64,000 nt of DNA from positions 7,874,001 to 7,938,000 of the forward strand of contig JBHGNT010000004.1 of assembly GCA_043228905.1 (NCBI GenBank), given 5' to 3'. The notes beneath the pieces were generated by a model, which was given only the letters and a program-made list of their open reading frames with translations, did not search any database and had not been told where the DNA came from. The stretch comes from Azolla caroliniana. Its lineage: Eukaryota > Plantae > Polypodiophyta. Positions within the stretch are counted from its first letter, which is position 1; the number at the start of each line of letters is the position of its first letter. A program made the position numbers and the translations under genes. Below, one piece after another: positions 23,301 to 34,100 of the stretch.

Positions 23301-25468
23301 TTGGAGTTGCAAGCGGCAACTTGTTAGGCCACGTGGTGAGTCGGGAAGGAATCGCGGTAGATCCGGATAAGGTAAAAGCAATTCTCGACGCACCGGCACC
23401 GAATAGCGCAAAGGCTTTAAGCCGATTCCTTGGTCAAATAAGGTGGCATAGTCGGATGATACGGCACCTTGCCGACTTTGCTACACCATTGCACGCTGCT
23501 GTACATAGAGTACCTTTCCAATGGACAGAAACGGAGGAGAAAGCCTACCAAGTGTTGAAGGTCATGCTGTCACAAGCTCCGGTGGTGCAGCCGCCGGACT
23601 GGAGTAAAAGCTTTCACGTCTTCGTCGACGCGTCGGACGTAGCAATCGGCAGCGTTTTGATGCAACTCACGGAACCGAACTGGTATCGGCCGGTGTACTA
23701 CGCAAGCAGGAAACTCTCGAAAGCCGAACGGAACTACTCTACAACGGAACGAGAGGCATTAGGAATGGTGTACAGTGTCACAAAGTACAGGCACTATCTG
23801 CTCGGACGAAAGTTCTCCTTCCACGTTGACCACTCGGCACTACTCTACCTGGTCTCAAAGGCAGCCCTGACAGGAAAACTCGCACGGTGGACGCTGCTAT
23901 TACAGGAATTCGAATTCGATATTTTCCACCGACCCGGGGTGCAGCATGCGGTAGCAGACTACCTGAGCAGACTAGAATCCGGAGAATCAGGGGACGGCGT
24001 ACAGGACGAATTTCCCGACGCCGAGCTGTTTAAGGTCACGACGGCACCGGCAACGGAGACCACAGTAGCGGACGAAGACAAATGGTTAACCGAAATGCAT
24101 CAGTTCCTGAGCACCGGAGTTCCCCCGGAAAATCTGGACCGAGACGAACGGAAAAGGATGGCAGTACGGAGCAGACATTTCTGCTTGGTAGGAGACACCC
24201 TCTATCACAAGGGGGCAGATGGCGTATGGAGGCGAGCAGTGCGGAGCGATGAAAAGGATCTGATCCTGAGGGAAGCCCACTGTGGAATTGCAGGTGGGCA
24301 TTATGCCGGCGAAACAACAGCCCGGAAGATATGGCAGAGCGGACTATGGTGGCCGACTACCATGAGAGATGCCGTTAAGTATAGCAGGGAATGTGACCTG
24401 TGTCAACGACTGGGCCAACCCACGGAGCAGGCCCGGATGCCACATCACCCGGTCTTGCCATTAGAACCATTCCAAAAGTGGGGCTTGGACTTTGTCGGTC
24501 CATTCAAGCCACCGGCAATGCGGACCGGAAATCGGTATATAATAGTGGCTACTGACTACTGCACGAAATGGGTAGAAGCAAAGGCATTACGGGACAACAC
24601 GACGGCGTCCACGGCCAAATTTTTATACGAATGCATATGGTGTCGGTACGGATGCCCGATTGAGCTGATCAGTGACCAGGGAGGTCATTTCCTCGGGCAG
24701 GTGGTGGAAAGTTTGACCTCATTCTATGCGGTAGTACACAAACGAAGCACTCCCTACTACCCTCAAGCCAACGGATTAGCGGAATCAACGAATAAAACGC
24801 TACAGAACATCCTTAGAAAAATCGTCAATGAGAACCGGACCGACTGGGACACGAAGTTGCAGAGCGTGCTGTGGGCGTACCGAACGGCGTACAAGACTAG
24901 CATCCGGACGACCCCGTTCCGACTGGCATTCGGCTTGGAAGCAGTCATGCCAGTAGAATTCCAAATTCCTAGCTTAAGAATACAGGTTAAGGAGCGGTTA
25001 AGCGAGAAGGAATCCGAACGAATCCGGCTGGCGATGCTGTTGGAACTGGAAGAGAATCGAATAGCCAGCCTGCTACAGCTAGAACTAGAGCAAAGGAGGA
25101 GGAAAGCCTTTGTAGACCGACATCGGCGCGGTAACGAAAAGGAATTCGAAGTCGGGAAACCAGTATTGCTGTTCCAGACACGGATGGGGAACATGCCGGG
25201 GAAATTGCGATTTCGATGGACAGGACCATTCTGGATCACAAAGGAGTACAATGGGTCTTACCAGCTCGGGACGTTGTCAGGAGAAGTTGTGGGCAAATGG
25301 GCAAATGGGTTTCGCCTAAAACCGTATAAGGGGCACATGCCAGCTAACCCCTTCAAGCAAGACCCGGAAATCCCGAATGCCGAGGCACCGACACCGACGC
25401 GTAACAACGACGAGGAACCGACAACAGTGCGCACCGACCCGAACACATCGGGGGGAACCGAACAATGA
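20354..25468 (+). pseudogene. gag-pol polyprotein of A (single frame, one in-frame TGA at 22166-22168, no in-frame AUG before the capsid motif)
   Basis: Three CCHC knuckles, IIDGGSGVN protease, FLDDF RT, VDASDVAIG RNase H, HHCC + WGLDFVGP + SDQGGHF integrase, RWTGPF; no chromodomain or additional RNase H seen. Confidence 0.93.
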
Positions 25469-25762
25469 TGCGGCATATGCTTATTAAAATAAATAAATAA
25501 AAAAAAAAAAAAAAAAAAACGAATGACGTGGAGCTACGGGTAGAAAAGTCAAGACAAGAAGATCAAGAAAATCATGGTAATGATGAAGGAAGTAGTTACA
25601 ACCGTCACACGGGTGCACGAGCTATTTAAAGCACAGAACGTGGGGGGGCCGAGGTACAGGACTTAATACGTGCGGCAATCAAGGAGTCATAATGACCGAC
25701 ACGTAGGAGATTCGACACACGCGGCAAAGAAGCGCAAGCAGGACACGCGGCAGCAAAGGACA

Positions 25763-25941
25763 GACATGCTATTCATGACAGAGCATGCGCAGACGCCAAA
25801 AATAGGACATGCTATTCAGGACAGGGCATGCGCAGGCGCCAAAAATAGGACATGCTATTCGAGGCAGAGGACGTGCAGACGCCAAAATTAAAAAGTGAGA
25901 TGCTAATTATGGCAGAAGATACGCACGCGCGAAAAACAGGA
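25763..25941 (+). repeat. ~4 tandem copies of a 43-bp unit in the pol-ORF3 spacer of A
   Basis: GACATGCTATTC starts at 25763, 25806, 25849, with a degenerate fourth copy. Confidence 0.85.
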
Positions 25942-26109
25942 AAAGGCGGCTCGAGGGAAACGCCACTATATAAAGGAAGAACCAGGGAAGGGTTCACTTT
26001 TTACGAATTTTCCCACAAGCAAACGCAGGCTCAAGACAGCAAGATCCGACACGCAGAACACCTACACCCCGACCTCAGACCACAGGCAGCAGCAGACGAA
26101 GAAGAAGCG

Positions 26110-29019
26110 ATGGCACTGTCGGACGGAGCGCGACAATGGCTGACGGAGAACGGATTAGGAGGGCTGCTGCGAGTCGCTGACGCTCCACCACACAAGGAAC
26201 CAGAGCAGGCGGCAACAGCGGTGGACTTAGCAGAAGTCACTGAAGGAGCGGTACAAGCGCTCACAGGGATTTCGGAGGGAGGACTTCAGACGATAGAGCT
26301 ACCCTCGAGCCAAATATTCTTCGAGTATTTCGGCGAATACTCCCTTAGCAGCAAGGCGTATCGCACACAGGGCGGAGAGAACCTGCTGTTCGGAGAGGTG
26401 GCCCGCGCCCTGATGGAGTATGGGTTCGTGAATCCTCGTCCGGCAGCCATAGCCAAATACCGAGCAGCGATCGTCATCGCGACATTCGAAGGCTTGCAGG
26501 TGGACTGGCTCCACTTCATCACCGAAGGACTGAAAGAGGCGATCAAGCACTTAGTGGAAGGGAAGAAGCCATGGGCCGGAATATCCCAATGGTTAACAGT
26601 GTTGGTCCCACCGGTGTCCCCCATCAAGCACAAGCAAAGAAGTCGGCAGGAGACTACCCCGAAGCAAACCATGAAGCGCCGACGAATCCTAGAGAAACAC
26701 ACTCCAGGATGGACACAGGAAGAAGAAGCGCCGCGGGAAGAAGGATCATCACGACAGCCGCGGAAAGAAGGCTCATCTCGACAACCGCGGGAAGAAGACT
26801 CATCCCGACAGCAACGGGAGGAAGGCCCATCACGGCAGCCACAGAAACAGCAACAGCAACCGACCACGAAGAAGAAAAAGGCGGAAAAAGGCAAGGAGAC
26901 GCTTGCGAAGAAAACCAGCAAGAGGCAAACCGACACCGAACCAGTAACGCTCGAATCGGAACCGGTACCAGTAAAGGAACCGATAGTCGCAGCGACGGAG
27001 GACGCTGAAACAGAGGAAGACTCATCCGAACCGATGTTAATACTACCACCTAGGCAAGGAAAGGAGAAACGGGCGACAAGACCGACCCCAACAGCGGACG
27101 GAACTCAGCAACGGGCGGAAGAACCAGTAACCGGAACAGAAGCGACACAGGATGAAGGTCCGTCTGCACCAAAGACGGCAGTACCGGAACTGACGGCAGC
27201 GGAGTTCGAAGAACCAAGAAAGGAACAAGTGCCGGAGCAAGAGAAGAGGCCGGAGAAACAGCCGGAAAAACAGCCGGGGCTAGGTACGCCTGCTCACACT
27301 GACGAAGGCAGAACAAAGGCACAATGGCTAAGGTGGTTGTCAGGGCAGTTGTCGGGAGTGGCAGACCAGATGGAGAAAGAGGAGGAGCAAAGGGAACAAG
27401 TGACTAGGACGACGACTAAGGATATGGTCATGCTCCGGGCACAAGTACATGAGCTGCAAGAAGAGCTAGCACAGGCAAAAGAAGGCAGCCGACAAGCACA
27501 AGATGGCACCGAGCCGGTCGGGACATCAGAAAAGCAAGCCGAACCAGAAACGGAGAAGGCCTTGCAAACCGGCCCTGAGACCGAGAAGTTAATAGCAACT
27601 TTGGAAGAAGAATTACAGGCTCAGGAGGCATTGAGAGATAACGAAAGGGAGCAGCGGAAGTTGGTAGAAGACGACAGACGGCGAATGGAGGAAGGCCTTC
27701 ACCGAAGCAAAGCCACCAATGACTGACTACAAGAAGAAAACGGGAAGCTGCAAAAGGAAAAAGATAGGCTGCGCCGACGAATGGAGCAGGAAATCGAGCG
27801 GTTGCGAGAGGAACTCCGACAACAAAAGGACCGGGATGATCGGTTGCGAGATCAGGCGAACCGACGTCTAAAATAGAAGACGGAGGAATTCGACCGACTA
27901 TGTAAGGATTATAAACAGGCCACGTCGGACATCAAGAATCAGGCAGCAACGTACGACCGACAGATAGAGAAGCTGAAAGAGCAGCTCAAGGAAAACCGCT
28001 TGGAATTGTCCAAAGCAAGGGAGGAAGTATCGGCGGAGAAGACCTTGACGTCGGAACAAAGAAAGGAGATGGAAGTACTTCGGCAGAAAGTAGGGGAGCT
28101 GACAAAGAGCAGGAACGAGGAAAAAGTGAAGTCGACTTTCGAAATCAACAAATGGCGGAGTACCTGTGACAAGCAAAAAGTCGACTCTGAAGCTCAAGCT
28201 CAGTTAATGGCCGACATCATCAAACGGATAAGGAAGGAAAAACAAGCAGCTTCGGAACAGGCTAAAGCAGGGGTTGGCCGAATTAAGTTCATCATGTCAA
28301 GTTGGAGTACCCGAGCTCAGGCCAGCATAAATGAAAGCACGGAGAAGCTCTGGAGGGAATGGGCACAACAGGCAGCTGAACTGCAGATACTCCGAGCTGA
28401 TGCAGAAAATCGGAAGAAAAACGGAGATGGGTTCTATAAAATGGACGAAGAAAGTATCGTCAACATCCGGGAAGAACTGTCGGAGGATTTCTATGCTCTA
28501 GCAGAAGAGCATCTCAAGGAAATCCGAGGGTTAGTAGAGAGGTTGGATGACGGACAGCTCGAAACCCAACTAGAATTGGAAGGGTACGAGAAGGGCCGAC
28601 TGCGACAGGAAGCCGAGGGACACACAACGCCGATCTCCATTAGTGAGGGCGAGCGACCGGCTGAGGAGGACCCAACCAACAATGCACCCCGACAAGAATT
28701 ACCCGAGGAAGAACTTCCGGAGCAAGAGCAGGTTGATGCCGGGGATGATGCAGAGTGGAGACAGAGAAGTACCGAATCCGGGGAGGAAAGGACACAACCA
28801 GTGGAAACCGGAGAGAGCGATACCGGGAACGGAACGGAGGTAGAGCAGGACAGACCCGGACAGGATACAGAAGAAACACCGGTACCACCGGTACAAGCAG
28901 AGTCGGAGCAGCAAGATGCGAAAAGGCAGCCAATCCAATCGGAAGTCGGAGACGGCACAGGCAAAACAACACTTGAAACCTCTGAGCGGAGTTTGCTGGA
29001 TAATTTGGAGGAAGACTGA
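26110..29019 (+). pseudogene. Extra ORF3 of A: ~969 aa, globular N-domain, disordered linker, long predicted coiled coil, acidic tail; two in-frame stops (27724, 27874)
   Basis: ORFs 25852-27726 and 28000-29019 are the same frame; ATG at 26110 aligns with the start of the homologous ORF in C. Confidence 0.88.
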
Positions 29020-29026
29020 AGCCGGC

Positions 29027-29067
29027 TGTGGGTTCGAAGTGCAATGCACTTTCCCACGGGCGTGCCA
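29027..29067 (+). other. tRNA-Arg 3'-half mimic occupying the PPT position of A
   Basis: TGTGGGTTCGA-AGTGCAATGCACTT-TCCCACGGGCGTGCCA, 2 nt before the 3' LTR; homologue in C at 46204-46244. Confidence 0.75.
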
Positions 29068-30227
29068 TGTGTTGGCCGGTCAGAGAAGGCAAATGGGAAA
29101 GCAAGGTCGGATCGGATAAATATAGAAATAGGAATAGAATTATTAGGAGGGACGGATCCGGTAGTTGTAACCGATCCGGATCCGAACCGATTCGGTTTCG
29201 GTTAACGGTTGCCTACCGAGCACCGATTGTAATCTGGCCGGATGCCTATAAAAGGATCCGATGTTTTGTAATGAAGGGGCGAAGAATTAATATAGTTTTG
29301 CTTATGCTGATTAATCTTGTCTTCGTCTGTGCTTAAGTGTAAATATCATACGCGTGTATTAACATCCTATCCCTACCACCCCTTTGGAGAAGTGTCGGAT
29401 AGACACCTGTGTTGCGGCTAGTCCAGCCATACATACAACACCCACCCCCTTCCATGATCATGAATGTTGTAACATAGAACGTGCAAGGACTCAGGAATCA
29501 ACTAGACCAACAAAATAGATGGAAACTGAGAAGGGATCTTGAGGTGTATGTATTAGGTTGTGCTATTGACATCATCATGTTGCAAGAACACCATCTCCAT
29601 AGTACCATTTAAAGGAAGTCAGAGACCTTCTACCAGGCTCATGGCGATCAGACAACTTCCAATGCAAAAGTGATGCTCATTTATTTTCGCGATCAGATGG
29701 GAAGGGTGGCGAGGCACTAGAAGCGAAGGGAGGATGGTGTCAAATAACTCCAGGCATGACTTTCTCTGAACACTACCCGATAATCGGTCATTTTCAATTG
29801 CACCAAAAGTGGGGCTCATTTTAGCCTCAAATCCCACACACTATTTACACAGTTACAGAGGTGAAGGAACAACTCACCAACCAATGGTCATTGCTTATCA
29901 ACAACTCATCAACAACCGACAAACTTCTAGCTAAACTAACAAGAGCTTCAAATTTATTACACAAGATCATCAAGACCAAAACTAAGGACGCTCAAGGAAA
30001 GAGATAGAGGACAAAGCGGGGATGAATAGCCTTACAACAACTCCAACAGAGATACCCGTCATTAGTTGGACCGCGGGACAAGTTTCCATGGCTAAACAAG
30101 AACTCATCATGGCAGAAAAGGCAATCAATGACATGCAGTTTCATGGCAGCATGGCTCGATGTATTTGAGTGGAGGACAAGACCACAAAGGAATTCTTCCA
30201 ATCCAAGGGACCGAGGCATGCTCTAAC

Positions 30228-31164
30228 TGTTGTAGGTGTGACAATCAATGCAGAAACAATATCAGTAGTATGTGATGAAGACTAACAAGTGATAATATGA
30301 AGTAGAATAACAAGTGATAATGGAGAACAAATCAAACAAGAAAACCTGACAAAAATCAAGATCAGAGAGACAAAATATGAGTGGGAGAGAGAGACAAAGA
30401 TTAGGCACACAAAATTTGTATTATTCAAAATGGCAACAATAACAACAACAACACTTTGAACTAGGTTACAAGATCAGTTATATACCAACTGGGTTAGGGC
30501 AACTACCCTTAGACATATTTACATAAATGTCCTAAACCTAGTTGTCCAAATGGACAGTGTGAACATGGCCCATTATACACCCGTATTGACACTCCGTTGT
30601 AATGGGCGTAAAGAGACCTTTAATATGAAATAAGGTATACAGGATGTACAAAGAGATGATAGAGCAGGCCAACTTATAGCCTAATCAGTGACAGTTGAAA
30701 AGAAACAGAGGTTGAATTGGCCAATTCGAGTGTAGAAGTTGATTCGATTGTCAAGGCCGATTGTTGAAACTATCTTTGTTGTTTGACTCGATCAAACTGA
30801 TTTCTCCTTAAGCACATATGGGGCCGAAGTGATCGGAATCAGTCAGTTGTCAGACATTTGGTCATCCTGTCTGATATGTTATCGGTCGTGGAGGTCTTTT
30901 CGAGGCCGAGCTTCCCTGAAGTTACGCTGTCCTGATTGAAGTGGTATCAAACGTCGATGTGCTTGGAGGCATTATGATTATACAACTGGAGCTGAATTGG
31001 GATTGGCTTGTAGAAATGTAAACGCCAATTGACCGACCCATAGAGCCTCTTTCAACATGTCTATGTATTCAACCTCGATCGTTGAAGTGGTCATGCATTC
31101 TTGAAGTTTCGACTTCCATGAAATTGTTCCATTGTCGAATTTGAAGAAGTATTCAGTCCTATGG
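30228..31164 (-). mobile_element. Decayed Copia 3' part (3' LTR 30228-30591, RNase H); host of element F, continues at ~61570-61670
   Basis: LTR similar to 18828-19198; GTISWKSKLQEC remnant; the right flank of F reads GIALAVGVISRF (Copia RT end) on the - strand. Confidence 0.78.
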
Positions 31165-34100
31165 TGTCGTGAAGATTCCGGGCCACAAGAGGAAACGTCG
31201 TCGAAAATGCGGGAACACGGGTGTACACGAGTACACTACCCTTTTGAATTAACTTATGTGGGAGAGTAATGAGGAGAGCAAATCAAGGAGAGAATCTAGG
31301 GATGGATACTGATGGGTCATTAAAGCTGATGTAACGGTCGCTCCTTGTGCTATAAAAGGGGCGACCTCAGACTGTTTTTAGGAGAACGATCGGGGAGGAG
31401 AAGAAGACGTTGTCGAACTAGAGACAGGAGCTCTCTCTCTCTCACTCACTCTCTCTCTATCTCTCTTGCTCTTGACTAAAGCTCTACGACCGAATCTCGG
31501 AAGGTGGACCCTCTGTTTGCGTCAGACACCCGTGTGATCCCGACCAGAGGTTCATCTTACTATGTGTGTTTGCTCTAGAGCTCGAAGCTTCACACGCACG
31601 TTCTACCTTCTAGCGTTAATCTACGACATCGTTTTATGTTTCTATTCTACTCGAGACTCTATCACCGGCTCTGATCTGGTTGTAATCGCTTACTATGCTA
31701 CGCGCCCATTCACTTTAATATAACTTACCTCATTAATCTGAGTTTCTCGGTGTGTCTCTATCTTGTCACGTCGTGTCGGGCCAGAAACACATCATTCTCT
31801 CTCCACTACTCTTCTCTGTCTACCCATGGTCTCTGTGTTCACGCGAAGTGCGGACTCCTTCCCCTCACTTCCTGATTCCTTGGTTCAAGAGCCCCGTGGT
31901 CCTGCCCCGTTTCTACGCATCCGAACGGAATACCGCACATCTTTGGTGAACTCGACGTGAAAAGGGGCGGCAAAGGAATCTGAAAATGAGAGGGAGTGAA
32001 CTCGCCAAAGCGATGGCGGTGGCTGTAGACCGCCTAGTTAGTGCTCGCGAGGGCACGAGTGCCCTTGACAGGGCCATAGAAGCAACGATCGATAAGATAG
32101 GCCGGTTCAATGGTAAAGACGCCACGAGTTACCTGGAGGCCTACAGATCCGAGATGCAAATGAGGAACATTCCGGAGGAGAGACGGTTGACCGGATTTCC
32201 CCGGGTCGTGACACCGAGCATCCATTCGGAGATGATCGAAATACAAGCAGGATTCCGCGATTGGGCAGCCTTCGCGGAGCGGGTTCTCGAGTGGTACAGC
32301 TTCGATGATTCGCTCCGACTGTCGAAAAAGGACTTTATGGATTGGGTTGATAGCCCTGGCAAGGGTCGGAATGCTTCAACGCTCCTCCAGGAGTTCGAAT
32401 CGCGATTCGCGTGGCTCTCGACGTTGGACCGGACCGTGCTTGACACGAGCAAGGTTCTTGTGTTCGTTAAATCGTTCGATTTGCTCGACCGCGACAATGT
32501 GGGCCTCCTTCTTGAGACAAATGACGGCCTCATAGTCGACTGGGCAGTGGTCAAAGGAGTGTGGCAGGATCGACAAGCGCAGAGATTGGAAAGAAAAGGG
32601 GTCCTCACCGGCCGGGCCAACTATCGAAACAAGGGCTGAGCCGACACCGACCCAGGCGGAAGAGACAAGAAGGTGGCTTGAGTTGGGCCAACCTCCGGCA
32701 AACGTAGTTGCGGGGCCACTAGGTGGCGCAGGTCTGAAATAATTAACGAGGATGGTGCCCGATCTCCAGATCGCCCAAGCCCGACAAAGCAACAAAGGTC
32801 AGTCACGCGACCGGCGGCGGCTGGCCAACCAAAGGTGCATATGGTGCGATGCCATCGGTCATGCCCGAAGAGATTGTGCCATCTTCGGCGAAGCACTTAG
32901 GAGCAACGCGGTGTACCTTTGGAACGACAGGGTTCACGCGACATGCGGGTTGGAAAGATCGGAGGAGCGGGCCCTTCGGGGAGGTATGACACCTGGAGCG
33001 GACCCAAGAGGCACGATGTCGTTTCAACCGGGTCCTAGGAAAAGGAAATAGGGCAAGCTTTCGACCTTCTGACTAAGCTCAGAGATCGAGAAAACGATGG
33101 ACATGCGGAAGGTTCTGGAGGAGTGATTCCTCGATAGTCGCGTACAACCCACGCTGAGGGAAGTGCTAGGCATAGCAAGGAGAGAATTCCACGACAACCT
33201 CGTGGATCTCGTGAAGAGAAAGCGTCTCACGATGGAACCGGAACCGGAAAAGCTGGTTGAAGTAAGGGCGGCGCTCCTCGATGAGATGGCCGCGGAAGAC
33301 GAGCTTGCTGAATGCCACTATGCCAGGCCACACTAGGCAAGAGCGACAATAGAAACCCTGGTTCGTATCGGGGATGTGAAGAAGCCAGTGGTAGCATTGA
33401 TCGACCACGGGTTGGAAATTAACCTAATGTCCATGGACTTTTACAAAAAGGGGAAATGGCCAATCAACACTAAACACGGATGGAAGATACGCACGGCTAC
33501 GAGGGCCACAAAAGAGCTACATGGGGCTTGTCCAAATGATAAAGTGTTGGGGACGTCAAGATAGACCAACACTTTTCGTGCAGGAGATGTCTTCCCATCC
33601 GATCATTCTCGGCGAACCATACATCATGGCGGCCCGAATGGAGACCAAAGTACTAGACAATGGTTAGGCCTACGTGAGGGTAAAAAGTCAAGACGGCCGT
33701 CACTCCGTCTAGTTTTTGTTAGTATGGCAGAATCCCGAGCGAAACCGTGATACCCTCGGGAACACCGGCCGAGAGGATTTTTGTACTATAGGTCGGAAAA
33801 TTTTGTTCTCCAACAACGGAGGTTGAACCATAACTAACATTAGCGGCTGAGAAAAGAAATGGGCCGAGATGCACTTGAAGGCATCTGGAGCCTTGGGGCA
33901 CGATGAAAGGATTGGTGAAGCCGTGGAGGCGGTCTCGTTCGATGACACCCTTGGAGAAATCGAGAGGGTAGTCGAAGGAGGTCTAAGTGAAGACCGGGTC
34001 ATACCGGTCAACTCAGTCGAGATGTACGAAGTCATCGCGGACTTCAAAAGGGAGAACAGGGCGCATCGAACTGCTCGAGTAAACACCAAGTACAAGACTG

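Larger units (their letters stand above)
19977..29440 (+). mobile_element. Element A: young, structurally complete non-chromoviral Ty3/Gypsy element (LTRs 19977-20347 and 29070-29440) with extra 3' ORF
   Basis: 371-bp LTRs with one visible mismatch; TSD CCCAC both sides; PBS TGGCGACCACGATGGGA from 20354; gag-PR-RT-RH-IN in one frame. Confidence 0.97.
19199..30227 (+). mobile_element. Decayed L1-type LINE remnant (19199-19976 and 29446-30227), split by element A
   Basis: ORF1-like knuckle remnant CFACKKLGQLKRNCP near 19325; ORF2-like EDKTTKEFFQ near 30172 resembling the GDKNTKFFH motif. Very degenerate. Confidence 0.55.

Noticed and set aside
25763-25941. CRISPR-like array
   Set aside because: Head-to-tail repeats without unique spacers, eukaryotic context, no cas genes.
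26110-29019. Envelope gene
   Set aside because: No signal peptide or hydrophobic transmembrane stretch visible.
20692-29104. Numerous long antisense ORFs in A (and similarly C, D)
   Set aside because: Shadows of GC/purine-biased sense ORFs; no conserved motifs between A and C.
33772-33782. -1 frameshift site GGATTTT between PR and RT of F
   Set aside because: Plausible, but the copy is too decayed to establish frames.
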